Source: Epiperipatus broadwayi (lineage: Eukaryota; Animalia; Onychophora). Taken from it: DNA of 64,000 bases. Below the pieces are notes generated by a model. The model was not told the origin of the DNA. It did no database searches and saw nothing but the letters and a program-made list of their open reading frames with translations. A program made the position numbers and the translations under genes. The stretch covers positions 11,904,001 to 11,968,000 of the forward strand of contig JAQFVV010000006.1 in assembly GCA_028023455.1 (NCBI GenBank), in the 5' to 3' direction. Shown in pieces: positions 1 through 14,240 of the stretch (its first letter is position 1; every line of letters begins with the position of its first letter).

Positions 1-751
1 TGTTTTATATTATAATAACTAGAAAGTACAATCTTTTACAAAATGTAACTAATAATGAAACAGTTTATTTTTTGGGAATTCGTAAGAAAATCCAAACACT
101 AGAAGTGATGGAACAATCCCACAATCCATGAATTTTGATTTCCGGAGTCCGCCGCATTACTCCTGCACTAAACTACTTGCTATTAAAAATTCTCTTGAAA
201 ATAAAATACTTAATTTTTATTCTAATTACTTAACAGTGTACAGAATCTGTTTGCTGAAGAGTAAACTGTATTTTGAGCTTTTTAAAAAAATAATTAAAAA
301 ATCTATTGCTCGGGAGTATTAGTTTGAGCACAGTGACAGCCAGAGTCACGATTTACAGATGTCATATGAACACTTAGATTAAACATAATTGTTAAATATT
401 TACTTTTTCTATATATTGTGATAGTTTCTGAGGACAAAATTATAAGTCTCTTAGCACCAAAGCCATTTTTCCATCTTTTTCTAAAAGAATGATTTTCACG
501 CATTTAAAGTTCGACGGCACAATGCCAAATTCAGTACAGTAAATTATGAAAATCATTGTGTTTTAATTTGATTTCTAGGATATTCTGTCACTTCATGATT
601 TCATGGCCAGCCACTGATAGGGGTGTGATACTTCTGATTTTAGGCACCGAAAGTGCATTACATTATGATGTGTGCTAAATGTAAAAAATATATTACTAAA
701 GAGATAATTTTTTTAAAAATTACTTAAAAATTAAAACAATATATGTAGATG

Positions 752-1231
752 GCGTTTGTAGTTTAATGGTAGCATATCTGTCTACCATGTCAATGGCCTG
801 AGTTCAAATTTAGGCTGAGTAAAATGGAAAAATATTCTGGTTCCAAATAGACGGGCCTTTTTTTATAATCAACTCATCTGACCATTCAGTATTGGTTGGT
901 AAATAGTATCTACTTACATAACTTAGAGGGTAAACATGGATGGAAAGGGATCAAGCTATCAATTTGACAATTGACAAATCAACAGTATTGTTTTTCTGTC
1001 TATGTGGCTGTCAGAGAAACCTGTGTCTTGCAAAGAATATGACGGGCCTTTTTTTATAATCAACTCATCTGACCATTCAGTATTGGTTGGTAAATAGTAT
1101 CTACTTACATAACTTAGAGGGTAAACATGGATGGAAAGGGATCAAGCTATCAATTTGACAATTGACAAATCAACAGTATTGTTTTTCTGTCTATGTGGCT
1201 GTCAGAGAAGCCTGTGTCTTGCAAAGAGTAT
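752..1231 (+). mobile_element. Decayed tRNA-derived SINE with tandemly duplicated body
   Basis: Head has A-box-like TAGTTTAATGGTAG and B-box-like GAGTTCAAATT. The body (CAACTCATCTGACCATTCAG...GGTAAATAGTATC) resembles central domains of metazoan SINEs (recalled resemblance, not searched). Confidence 0.55.
850..1231. repeat. Near-perfect 191-bp tandem duplication
   Basis: GACGGGCCTTTT...GCAAAGA(A/G)TAT at 850-1040 and 1041-1231, with only a few differences. Confidence 0.95.
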
Positions 1232-1308
1232 TTGATCTTTTTACTTTATATTCCAAATATGCTAATGTATCTTAAGAATATTTATGATAAACAACTGTAT
1301 GTAATTAT

Positions 1309-1700
1309 AGGGGATTTGAATCCAGACTTTCAAGCTCCCTTCAATCATCCTTTCCATTTTATTTAACAGACAACACCACGTGAAAAAGATAAATGATCTT
1401 CACTATACATATTTTGCGCTGAACTAGCCCTCATCAGTTGGTCCAGATCATCTCCCACACACATAATCAGTATTTAGTTTATATTAAAATAGCAAATCTT
1501 CAAACTTTAATGGACGGGCATCAATCTTTTTCAACTCTTTGGCTACCCATATCATTGAAAATCTGATGATGGCATGTTCAAAACCTTTGCTGATATTGTT
1601 ATATCCATGTTGATTATAAGTCTTTCTGATCCCCATATGGAAAGATGCATGAGAGGAATGGACAAATCAGGCTGAACCTAATATTTAAATACAAGGTTAG
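1309..1700 (-). mobile_element. Hammerhead repeat family 1, solo copy A
   Basis: Reverse complement reads CCAACTGATGAGGGCTAGTTCAGCGCAAAATATGTATA (core decayed) and ends at the family terminus GAAAGTCTGGATTCAAATCCC. Confidence 0.85.
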
Positions 1701-3934
1701 TATTGCAACAGTACAAATCTCAGGTGATGGCACTCATCATCAACCCCAAATTAATTTAAAATTAATATAAAAATATGTAATCAATATGAGGAGCCTGAGA
1801 GATCAACACAGAATTGACTATATTATAAATTCACCAACATTACATAAAAGTAATCATTTATCATCATGAATGATCAACAAAAATATATTGGTCAATCTTA
1901 TGACTGGATTTGAAATGGGTCTACTATAGACCAGGCTAATTATTTAGCTCTTGCCAGCTTGAGGCAGATGATTTAAACCATAATTTGGATGAACAAACGT
2001 AAAAGTGTTGATCTATTAGAATATATTTAAACATGCTTATCATTATTGTTGTTCTGATCATTTAGTACCTTTAATGTACTGGCCAACTATAAACTTAATT
2101 TCTAATAAATATTAAAGTAAATAAAATATTGCATAGACTTTAAAGGATATCTTTTTTGTGCCAATCCAACTATCAGCATCATCTGGATGTCAACACTAAA
2201 CATAATCCCTTTTTATATAACAGATTGTTGTCACAAATCTAGCTCGGGAACAAAAAGTTCTGAACAAGAGATAACAAACGGGTATTTTAAATGTATTCTA
2301 TGATTGAGTAAATTCACTGGAATAACTATCAATGAAATATCAATTTATTAATAACAAAAATGAAATTAAGATCTATAGCATATGGCTATACATATAAATT
2401 AGGTCTTTGAATTTGATTAATACAAAAAGAAATCCATCATTACATTGTAATTTACAAATATGTTTCAATAGGTTTATATAAGACAAGCTTACAGATGTGC
2501 AGTATAATTAAGAACATATAAAATATTAATTTTAACATGTCTACCTGACACATCTATATAACCACAGACGTAGTATATGGAAATTGTCATGACTGGTTTC
2601 CAAACGGTACCTATGGAAATGTGTTCACACTTACATTTTAATTTGTCAAAATAATGGTCATTAAAAATACGTTTCACAATTCCATGTTAAAAATACATAA
2701 AATTGACACATATAGAAGCACTCGGATGTGCTGTATAATAATTTAAAAATTAACATGTTCAAATTGTCAGACAAAAAAAATTGTTTTTAATAATACATAA
2801 ATGCACACATAAGTGTGTATAAAAATATATAGATAGTATGCATTAAAACGTAATTAGCCTCTTTTATAGTAAAAGTTTTTTTTTAAAAAATATTAACTCT
2901 TGATAGTCCATAAAAGTTTTTCTTTTTTAACTTTCCTTTTGATTAATTATAAATGTCTTTAAATATACTCCAGCAAGTTTTGTTATTCCCTAATCTAGAA
3001 AGATTTTTAGAGTTTTTTAATATACTCTGGAAATGCATCTTAATTATGGTTGAATAAAGTTATTTATAAAAAAATTGTAATTTAAAAAATTACAACTGAC
3101 ATTTTTACTAAAATCATTTAAAATAACTCATCAGCTGTACTATATATATATGATGCAGTACTTTTATCTATGCTCTGCATGTAGTTAAAACAGTTATTCT
3201 TCAGCGACTCTATGTAAGCTGGACCCTTTTAAACAGAAGACTGATTTATTGACATTTTAAGAAAATATAATTCAGGTAACTATTGTCCTTCAATCAGCTC
3301 TATTTAATCTAGAATTTGATAAACTTCCATGTGAATCCAAAATCATTGTGAACTAGTAACATCAGATGGACTTACAATGTCTCTTGCTTTCAGTTACAAC
3401 TTCATGGTTATGCTGTTACTACCTGTAAAAACAAAAACTTCCTCTTGCCAAGCTTTTATGATCATGGTGGGGGGAAAATACAGTAATTAAAAATAAGTTT
3501 TCTCTATCTCGATTGAAAAAAGTTAATGACTTAATTCAACTTAATCCTTTGAAAATCAACTTTTGTGGAATTTTATTAAAATATGTTATGCAAGAATTAA
3601 TTACTAAAATTTGCTAATGAAAATAGATAGTGGAATTTTATAATTATTAGTATATCTATTGTAACATAAAATATGCTTGTTTTAATTTCAAAATAGAATT
3701 AATAAAATATTAATTAGACAGTTTTAAATGTTTACAAAAAAAGAATTTAAATTCAAAATTTTTTTTGCTTAACTGTTATTCCAGTGTAATATAGAAAATA
3801 TCTACAATTTTTTTTTGTCTGTGTTTATTGCTACTTTTCCTTTTAACTTTAAATATATATATGCACACATTACTATATGGTTGAAAGCCATGGGACACAA
3901 TTGTCTTGGTATATAATGTTAAACTAGATATATA

Positions 3935-4630
3935 TTCAGTTTATCTTATACAATCAATACCGATGGTAATATGTGAGATAAATGATCTTCAATATACATA
4001 TTTTATGCTGAACCAGCAGCCATCAGTTTGTATCATCATCTTCCACACTAATGAGTCCTGGTTTAGCATGAAAAATTTATATTGGAGATCATTTATCTTT
4101 TTCGCACATGTATGTGGTTATGTGTATCTGTTGTATAAGATGGAGCAGATTATTGAAAAGGACTCTAAAGTATGGGTTCCAATTTCATCTAGCTTAAGTA
4201 TATATACTATACCTGTATTTAAATATAGATTCAGCCTGAATTCTGCCTGTCCCTGTTCTGTGTATTATATGGACCTAAGGTCCTACATATGAAGGATCAG
4301 ATTGATTTATAGTCAGCATGGGTATGGCAACAATATCAGCAAACAAGGGCTTTGAACATATCAGATTTTCAATGATATGGATAGCTGAAGATGGAGAGGA
4401 TTGAAGCCTGTCCATTGAAGTTTGAAGATTTGCCATCTTAATATAAACTGAGTACTGATTATATATGTGTGTGGGAGATGATGATCTGGACCACATGATG
4501 AATGCTGGTTCAGCAGGCAATACGGATATTGGAAATCATTTTTTTCACATGTACATGGTGATGCATATCTGATATGTAAAATGGAGTGAATGACTGAAGA
4601 GAGCTTGAAAGTGTGGGTTCGAATGCACTC
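3935..4630. mobile_element. Hammerhead family 1 cluster: minus copy B, plus copy C, tandem plus copy D
   Basis: Minus motif at about 3998-4030; plus motifs starting at about 4048 and 4494 (offset about 446). All three are decayed. Confidence 0.85.
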
Positions 4631-4679
4631 AAATTACATCTAGTTCAACTGATACTTCTGCAGATTGAAAGACTATAAC

Positions 4680-5240
4680 AGTTTTTACCATTATATTTAT
4701 TATTTCTATTGTTATATACTAGTATTTCTAAACAATTGATAACGGTTGGATCATTCCTGTTTTGGTGTTGGAGTTTGTAATTATGTTAAAGTATTTAAAG
4801 TTTAGTAGCGTAGAAAGCTTATATACAGTATGTGGGCTGTTTACATCGATATAATCACTTAATTTCCATTCCTTATATATGTGTATTCAAACATTTTTAT
4901 AGATGAAAGGGTCAGTCATAGACACACATGCATAATTGATACTTGTTTGACCAGTACAGTAGTACTATTTGATACTTGTTTGACCAGTACAGTAATACCA
5001 TCTGCACTGAAATGCTGTTTTTATATATTTTTCCATTGTACATTTTGAAGCCGACCATAAATTTTAATTCAAATTCAGGACAGTAATCTTGTGAAATGTC
5101 AATCACATTTTTAAAAATTGATCCAATTTTTATGGAATTACTGTCCTATACTCTGATTAGGTCTAATTTGTTTTCAAGAAGTTTTATATGTAGACAGTCT
5201 TAAGTAGTTTTTAGCCACATACATGAAGTTTCCTGTTCAG
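4680..5240 (-). pseudogene. Penelope-like RT remnant, heavily decayed
   Basis: Minus-strand fragments MYNGKIYKQ, IK*LYRCKQPTY and NCLEILV occur in the order of the PLE RT motifs FNGKxYKQ, WxRYVDD and LPFLDILI. Many stops and frameshifts. Confidence 0.45.
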
Positions 5241-6299
5241 AGATTGTAAACAAACATATTTCATGGAGATATTTGTCTTTTACCAGATGTCTGCTTATAA
5301 AGTTCTGGAATGTGTGGAGAAATTGAAGTTTTAAATATATCTAAAAAATATATGCACATATATTAAATATTGTGGAAATCATTTACTCTTCACACATGCT
5401 ATAAAATGGATACACTCCTGTCAATAAATGTTTAAAAGCACAGGTGGTCCACCTATGCTTACAGCTTGTTCTTTAAGTAAACTAACATTTATTGGCCATG
5501 CTTGATTTAGGCTTGATCTTATTGCTAGCCTGATTTTTAAATTGGTATGTCATTTCCGTAAGTCCAGATTACATATCACTGGGGAAAAGAAAGTTTCTCA
5601 TTTTTAACTGCCTGTGATACTGAACCTTAATACTTGGTAAGTATATAATAATTAATAATATAGCAATTTATGCATGTATTAAAAATTGTGGTAAACTACT
5701 CACACAATATAAAATAGATGCATACTCTCACATCAGTAAATACTTTAACAGAATAGATTGTCCATTTATGATTAATGTATATCTATTACATAGAGCACGA
5801 GTGAGGGGTGATTGATTTCCACACTATTTTATATATATGTGAATTTTAAATATATTTTATATATATGTGGAAATAAGTTATTCTATGTGTTTAACTCATC
5901 TCAAACAGTGATGGCGAAATGCACTGACAGTGAGATTGGGATAGGGGTGATATTTCTGCGCTCATGGGTAGTTGTGATATGACGGAGATGAGTTGAGAGA
6001 TACCGTAATGAAAAACTTGAAAAATATATACTCATGGCACCTGAAAGAGCACTTCGAGATACACTATTTGAAACCCACTGCTCTGAAGTAATACAGATGA
6101 ACTATCATTCTGAAATTCCTGGTTCCCATATTTTTCTGGATTTGGGAATTTTTTGGATTTTAACAAAAAACTCCCATTTTCATCATAAACCCATATTTCA
6201 GATAAAAAATAAACTTAATTTTGCGATCTATAGTTTTACATTTGTAATGATTTTAATGAGCACATGAATAATTTTATGACATATATAACTCCAAGAATA

Positions 6300-6720
6300 T
6301 AAACAAACTAGTCTAAATACATTACTAAGATAATTCAAAAGCAAGAGTCCCAAAGAATCATGTAAATGAACTTATAAATAACTCATCTTTTGTTTATTCT
6401 TAGCGTTACGTATTCAGTATGCTATAAAATTTACATACTCATTAAAAATTCATCTAAATAAATATTTGAAAGTGTTGAGAGCTTGATTAATATAAAACAA
6501 ATATCAGCAAGAAAAAGTTTCAATATTTTCAAGTATTAACGTTTGATTTATTACTATGTAATAAACCAGAGGTCGGGCAAGTACGATCATCTTTTATCTG
6601 ACAAAATTGATTGGCATAGTTATAACAAAAGATCGGCATTATTTACAAATTCATTTAAATGATTCTTGGGGATCTTGTTTGTGAATTACCTTAGTAATGT
6701 ATTCAGATTTGTTTGTTTTG
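6300..6720. mobile_element. MITE-like element with ~95-bp imperfect inverted arms
   Basis: 6300-6393 is an imperfect reverse complement of 6627-6720 (AATACATTACTAAG...AAGAATCAT.TAAATGAA). Confidence 0.7.
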
Positions 6721-8070
6721 TAAAGAAGTTTATAATTCTGTGTATATATAAATTCTTACATGTATAAATTTATTTTATTTATAACAAAATAATACCTTAA
6801 AATACAGAATATTCCTATGTCAGCACAAAATTATTATACAGCAGTAATTATGACAATAAAATTGAACACTATCGGGTAATCTTGTCTGGATAATAGTAGT
6901 TTACAAATTGAAGAACTCTGAATAACTATAAGCTGCCATAGCATTAAATATTTTCAAATAATTTTCAAGAAATAGTGAGAAAATGAGAATAAAAGACAAA
7001 AAAACTTCAATTTTAAGTATGATTTTTATTTGATGGTTGAAGTAATGGTAAAATTTAAACTTTAACAAATATATAAATAAGTTTACAATACTAGCTTTTC
7101 TAACTAGAATTAAAGGTCCATAAATTTTTCTTTTAAAAAAAAAAGCATAAAATTTGAATGAAAATATAATTTTATAGCAGTCAACTAAAAAAATAGAATC
7201 CAGTTAGTACTGCTATCGAGTATAGACCTCAACGCCGACTTTATACACCTTCAATAATTTAACGATATCTGATACAATTTATTAAGAATATCTTAAATTC
7301 TAATGCTTTATTGTTAACTATTTGTTATTAATAACAACAAACAATATTTTTTTTTACAGATCCTCCTGAGACACCCTGAAAACATTCGTTAAGGGTAATA
7401 AAATAGTAAACTATCGTCTGAAGACAAATCACAGGCAAGCTGACTATTGCAGCATTAAATTCTATATATATATAGTTAATAGCACTCAGAATTATTACAG
7501 AGAAGAGACAGAATGGTAAAACAAATAGAAATGAAGCATAAATAAAAATGGAGATCAAGGAAGATTAATATTTTGTTAAGTACACAATATTGAAATGCGT
7601 AAACAATTTTACGTCTAATCTCATAATGTGACTATATAATAGATATCCTCATTTTTTTTATTTTATTAAACATGTTTATTTAGCTTAAAAATTCTAATTT
7701 GTTGTGGTGAAATTTTTTACCGATTTGTAACATACTTGCCTCAAATGTATTTTCTTTCAATTTTGTACTGATATTAGGTATCAACAATGCAATAGAACCC
7801 CAAAATACTTCAGGATTGTCTCACCAGTTGTTTAGTGTATTAGTATTGGCAGGCTAAATTTCAAAACATCAATTCGTTAAGTTTACAATGATGCTTACAA
7901 GATAGCTATTTTTTATTTTTTAAAAAAAAAAGTTCACTAAAAAAATGTTTACCGTTAATCAAAATAGAAATAAAAGTGAAGGATGAAATCATAATTTCTT
8001 TTGATTTTTTAACTAAAACTTTTCAGAAACAAAAAAAAAATCTTGTAAATCGTTTTTAATGCATGTGAAT

Positions 8071-9232
8071 TTCATTTCAACATTAGAAATATGGTAACAT
8101 TGTATATATTCCTAATTTCTAAATTCGGGTATAAAATGTAAAATATCTGAATACTAAAAATGAACAAAATAACAAATATATTTTATAAAACCGCTTTTAT
8201 TTGACGATTAATGCACCCAAAGCCAAACAATAATTTCTTTTGACCACAAATTGGATTGATGTACTTAAGTTGAAATAAAAGCGGATGGTAGCCTTTAATT
8301 TACGGATACTTTCTGCTTTTATTTCAAGTTAAATATACCAACCCAAATTGATATCAAAAACAAATACTGTTTGGCTTTTGGTGCATTATTCTTGAAATTG
8401 AATAAAAGTTTTTTTTTTATTTATAAAATACTTTATATTATTAAGAATAACCCTTTTATAGTTAACGATAATGAAGAGATTTCTATTGAACGTAAGTCAT
8501 TTTAGTATAATTTAACGTAATGAATTCATTTATTTATTGAGAATAGAGATGATATAGTTGTGACATTACTTGGCAGAGATAACTGGATCATAACCATACT
8601 ATTTTAGAGAATTTCATATATATTTAAATTATCAGTATTATTTCTTCATTTCAACATTAGAAATATGGTAACATTGTATATATTCCTAATTTCTAAATTC
8701 GGGTATAAAATGTAAAATATCTGAATACTAAAAATGAACAAAATAACAAATATATTTTATAAAACCGCTTTTATTTAATTTGACGATTAATGCACCCAAA
8801 GCCAAACAATAATTTCTTTTGACCACAAATTGGATTGATGTACTTAAGTTGAAATAAAAGCGGATGGCAGCCTTTAATTTACGGATACTTTCTGCTTTTA
8901 TTTCAAGTTAAATATAGCAACCCAAATTGATATCAAAAACAAATACTGTTTGGCTTTTGGTGCATTATTCTTGAAATTGAATAAAAGTTTTTTTTTTATT
9001 TATAAAATACTTTATATTATTAAGAATAACCCTTTTATAGTTAACGATAATGAAGAGATTTCTATTGAACGTAAGTCATTTTAGTATAATTTGTTTAACG
9101 TAATGAATTCATTTATTTATTGAGAATAGAGATGATATAGTTGTGACATTACTTGGCAGAGATAACTGGATCATAACCATACTATTTTAGAGACTTTCAT
9201 ATATATTTAAATTATCAGTATTATTTCTTTCA
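8071..9232. repeat. ~574-bp near-identical tandem duplication
   Basis: TTCATTTCAACATTAGAAATATGG starts at 8071 and 8645; the units differ by only a few substitutions and small indels. Confidence 0.95.
8195..8407. mobile_element. Palindromic MITE (second copy at ~8770-8990 inside the duplication)
   Basis: Arms TAATGCACCCAAAGCCAAACA / TGTTTGGCTTTTGGTGCATTA, with inner arms AAGTTGAAATAAAAGC / GCTTTTATTTCAAGTT. Related to 52160-52540. Confidence 0.7.
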
Positions 9233-9670
9233 CTTTTTCTTCACATTATTTTAGTTTATTATCCTTAATAATTTGGGTTATGCAGGGTCTCTCATTCTAT
9301 TGTTTATCTCTATACTAACTGGGGACAATAGGATTGTGCTCTACAATTTTGACTACGATATTTTATTTCTTTACACTCTCATAACTTTTTAATCTTTTTC
9401 TTCTATAAACAATTTTTTTTCTCCTGGAGTTAAAATGGCCACAGTCATTTATGATTGGCTGTTAATTCTGATAATAAATTATCATGCACAGTTGTATTTT
9501 TCTCAGTATATATATATATTCAATTAATTTTAACAAACCTATAAGGCTTTTCAAACATACAGAACTGAAAAACTGAGAATATATATTTGTGAAATAATTT
9601 TCAAACTCACATACTGTAGGAATCCTTATAAATCTGATTTTCTAATCATTTTAAATTTCAACTAACACTT

Positions 9671-9708
9671 GCGTTGGTGGCCTAGTGGTTAGAATAGCTG
9701 CCTTCCAA
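9671..9708 (+). pseudogene. 5' half of a tRNA-Gly(TCC)-derived SINE head
   Basis: GCGTTGGTGGCCTAGTGGTTAGAATAGCTGCCTTCCAA matches the 5' half of eukaryotic tRNA-Gly(TCC) and stops just after the anticodon loop. Confidence 0.8.
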
Positions 9709-9720
9709 TAATCTCCAATA

Positions 9721-9852
9721 ATCCTTTCTCTAACTTCTCTTTTCTACATCACTCCAGCACACTTCCTTATTTTATCCATCCATCTTATATGTGATCTCTT
9801 TCTAGGTCTTTTATAATATCTTGAAATCTAATTTGAGATTTCAATTATCCAT
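9721..9852 (-). mobile_element. RTE LINE 3' fragment
   Basis: Similar to the 3' ends of the RTE copies at 16.6 kb and 35.5 kb (KRPRKRxHxRWxD region). Confidence 0.75.
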
Positions 9853-11695
9853 GTATATGTATGTTAAATATAGTCATAGACATTTATAATTCAATTGAAT
9901 TTGAAGATGTAAATATTTAGTTATCATCAAAAACAATAAAAAAAAAAGAAACAACAAAATTGTTGGAAAAGACTAGAATAATACAACTAGAAATAAAGAG
10001 AGAACTCATGGTGAGTATACTAGAGAGAATAATGACAAAGATGACAAACTGGTATTGATGACAGATAGGCATGTGTGGCAAATTTGTAGTTTCAAATTTA
10101 CATGTCCTTTTTTCATTAATACTTTTTCAAACATTGAGTCACTGGAACTATGGATATTGAGTTTGTTGGTTATTGAATGAGATTTTTTTGTTTTAGTATA
10201 TATTTATTAAATTTGCGTAGAGTATCCTGAAAGTACAGCTTTGTATGCAAATTTTTATTTATATGCTGTTATGAAATATGTATATATATTCTTAGGTAAT
10301 AAAGCAATGAAAGGAAACTAAAAATCCTTTGCACTCAACATTTGAATCGCCTGGTGATTTTTTTTCTCTTGTGCTGTTTCTTTTTGGAAGGTCCTTGAGG
10401 AATTGGTCTGCAATGGATGCTTAAAGTTTATAATTGCTCAAGCTATTGGTTACTGAAATGACTGGATAGTAACCACATGGATGCAGGGGAATCCTGTGTA
10501 TATATAAATGATTTTGTTTTGATATACCTAATTTATTTGGTTGTATACTTCATTTCAAAGAGTTTTCATTTTTTTTTTTTGCGATCTTCATTAATATGCT
10601 TTTGTGTGTGTCTGTTTTGTTTATAAGCATATCCATTTTATTCTGATTGTAAGTTTCCCTACTGCAATTATTATTCTTAAGTGTTATTTTTAGATATTAA
10701 GAATCAATTACTATGATACCATTCTGTCTTCTCATCAAAATATAGGTAAAATACCATTAGTCCGAAATCTATTTCCAATGCTTTTTTGTATTTGAAGAAT
10801 ATAGTCCAAACTCCGTTAAGATAGAAAACTGTTCATCACATTTAGGTTTATTAATTTATAGGTATTTACTGAATTTTTTTCTACACTATGAGTGTAGAAA
10901 TCTATTTATTGTAAAAAATTAAAGTTCATCTTTGGACTATAAAAGGTTTTGAAAAATAGATATTCAGATTAACGGCATTTATACCCGTAATGTCATTAAA
11001 TGGCATTTGGTAGGAAAAATATAAACAACTCGGTGCTATTAACTAAATAAATGCGTGCACAGAAAAAGAAAATATAATAACGTATAAAAATAGTTGTAAT
11101 CAGTTGTATATACAGAACCCAAACATTAATGAAGTAATTCTTTACACAATTAAATTGCTCATAAAAGTAACAGTAATGTAATCAAGGCATTGAGATGAAG
11201 AGAGAAATTTAAAAAATATTTAAAACTGTAATGATTTTTGTTAAATTATAAATATTTTGTAATAATCATTACAATATATTTTGTAAATTTATTTCTTTAT
11301 ATATATACGTGCCACATCAGGTCAAGCATAATTAATATTAAAATAGAGATAATTTTAAATATTTTTTTTGTACAATGTAAAAAGATCTCATCACAATTTT
11401 GGACCATAAGTGCAGCTCAGAAAGAGAAAACAGTCGAAAAGAATCTTTCGTAGACACAACAATTACTCTAGCTAATGCTGAAAGGAAAATAAACAGCGCA
11501 ACAAACAATAATTGCATCCATTACTTGTATTTGTAAGTCCAACAGCTTAAGAACTAACGGGAATAGTTCTAATCCAAAATAACAACTATTGCACTGTTTG
11601 ATTTTTCCTTCCCTAACATTTCATCTAACAGTAATAAAACTTGGCACCATATCTGTTCCTAAGATGGTGTACGTTAGTCATATAAAGTTTTTCTA

Positions 11696-11922
11696 TCAGA
11701 CAGGTGTCCAATATTCTGCTTCATAGACCTTGATTGTGGTATACTTGACCAGAAAAGGACAGAAAATGGTCAATGCTGTCCCCATTATGGCAAGCATAAA
11801 ACCCCAGCCAAGACGACATGCACCAGAATAGTAGATACTAGAATCATATCCGCAGTGGTGACGTACAAACGGAGAGCTTAATCCAAGTGGGTAGAGTAGT
11901 AGGCCAACAATCAGGATTATAA
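11696..11922 (-). CDS. Terminal coding exon of an LHFPL-family tetraspan protein (TMEM211/LHFPL7-like)
   Basis: Strong acceptor (TTTTGTTTTATTTTCAG). Phase-1 exon of 227 nt encoding (x)IILIVGLLLYPLGLSSPFVRHHCGYDSSIYYSGACRLGWGFMLAIMGTALTIFCPFLVKYTTIKVYEAEYWTPV*. The GLLxYPxGLxSP...C...Y..G.CxLGWG pattern is the LHFPL TM3-loop-TM4 signature. It is absent from the ORF track because it has no start codon. Confidence 0.9.
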
Positions 11923-13657
11923 CTGAAAATAAAACAAAAAAAAAGTTGTTAGTATAATTATTGTACGCTTAAAAAATTATATTAATACTATTTAATAAAT
12001 ATAGCTTTACTTCTCACTATATGTAAAATATATAATTGTTAATTAGAGAAGATATTAATTAGTATTAAAGTTTATCGGCTTAACGTTTTCGAGGATCCAT
12101 GCCTCATATTCATAGCCTTCATAAAATGTATAATAAAATATGCAAATACAAATATTCAAATAAGCTAGTATTACGTAGCCCATTTCTTCGAGATCTCGAA
12201 GCAAGTATCCTTTCTATTAATGGCATGGATGTTTCCATTGATGTGAAATGCTATTATATAAATAAATGAAAAAAATATTTGTTTTACTAAAAGTTGGCAC
12301 ATTTTTTCCAGAAAGTTTTTAGAGCTAAAGAATTTCCAGTAAGTTTGTGACTTTTTTTAAATAGATGATATATAAAAAACAACCAGTCATCCAATATGTG
12401 TAAGTAAATGGATATCTAGCTATTCATGTTTATAAGTAAATCGTCAACATTTAACACCCTTAAAAAACAAAGTAAAACTGATATTAGTAGAACAATGAAA
12501 ACAAATTCAACCATATCAATAGCCATCATTTCATGGTAGACAAATCTTGGAGCAGCCTTGTTAGGACATTATATTTAAGAGCTGATTTACCTTTTACTTA
12601 TATTAATTCTGCAGCTTTGAGAATATTTCACTATTCTGATTTGTTTTCTACAAATTGTATTACATAATAATAGCAACATAACATTTGATAATTTGAACTT
12701 ACTATAGTATTATAAATAGGTGCAGTTATCCTACTCTAATGCCATCTAATGTAAGAATCAGTAAACTCTAAATACTTAGTACATTATCAACATTCATGTT
12801 CTTCAGCTTACTGTAGTATCGTAAACTAGAGTTCTTTATTGTAGCAACATGTAACCTAGTGTAATAAGTAGTTGCTAGATGGCAGCACAGTTTAATCATT
12901 TTCTTTTATGGTCTTGAGATGTATTTTTTTTTTCGCATCGCATTTCTGGTCTTAGTCTTTATAGTGAAGATTCACAATGCAAATATGGCTGCCAGATGCA
13001 TTTAAGTTTTGAACCTCAAATTCTCATTGATAAAGACAAAAATCCAGAAATGGTCTGGAATGAAAATTAAATAGCTTTATCATTTAGTAATTAATAATTC
13101 TAACTTAAAATACGTGTCACGGGAGTAGGAAAAGACCTATAAAATTCCTAAGCATTTTCTAAATCTTTTATCCTCGCATATCTCTTCCATACAATAATAA
13201 AGTATCTTATATTTAAATATAATATCCATAATTTCAACACCAATTAATTGTCTATTATTTATCTTAAATATCTGCAACTTTGTTTTGATTACATTTACAT
13301 TTTTTTTAACATTGTTTATTAACTAATTTCCTTAACTCGTTTTAATATGATTAAATCCCTTATATTCTTCTTAATTAAAATTTCCCTCCAGCGTGTAAAG
13401 TTGGAATTAAAAATTGATAGTTTAAAACATTTTGTTAAGAGCAGTGCTTTCATTTAAAATGCAATTTGAATGATATAACTGACAAAGTGTTACTGCATTT
13501 TAATTTTATTAAATTTTATATATTTTTTGTTTTGTAGAAATAGAATTCAGATTAGGCAATAAATAATACAAAATAAATAACACAGTGAGAAATAATTAGT
13601 TTAAAAATTAGTCACTTATGGATTAACAATATGGACAACTAAAATTAGAAAGAGCAG

Positions 13658-14240
13658 TATATTAATGATTTTTATTCGTCATTCATTAGACTAGAGATTA
13701 TCCAATAATAAGTAATATTTTTGTAGTGTAATTTTTACGACACCACTTTCATGCATGAACTGGTTTCGATCTGCTTTTAGCAACTTGTGGAGAAATGTAG
13801 TCAAAAACGTATGACCAAAGACAGGTGAAAATGATCTATGATCCCTAAGGTGCACATTTCATGCTGAATTGGCTCAGACTACAATCTCATAATATCTTTG
13901 TCATTGTTTAGTGTATATATATATATAGCAAATTATTACAGTTTATTTGATAAGTGTCAAATGTATTGCCCTCACAACTTTGACAGAAATCACTTAATGA
14001 AAGTATATTAATGATTTTTATTAGTCATTCAATAGACTAGAGATTATCCAATAGTGAATAATATTTCTGAAGTGTAATTTTCACTACCCCACTATCACGG
14101 TATGCATTTTGGGGATTGTAGGTCTTTTCCACATGTCTTTGGTCATATGTTTATGATTACATCCTTTTACAAGGTGTTAAAAGTGGATAAAAATCAGTTC
14201 CAACCTCGTGTGAGTGTAGTGTAGTGAAAATTACACTGGA
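13658..14240. repeat. Composite direct + inverted repeat element
   Basis: 13658-13745 is repeated directly at 14003-14095, and 13723-13840 is an imperfect reverse complement of 14120-14240. Confidence 0.75.

Noticed and set aside
7359-7440. Plus-strand acceptor followed by DPPETP, like a fibronectin-III exon start
   Set aside because: Stop codons occur within a few codons in all three frames and no partner exons were found.
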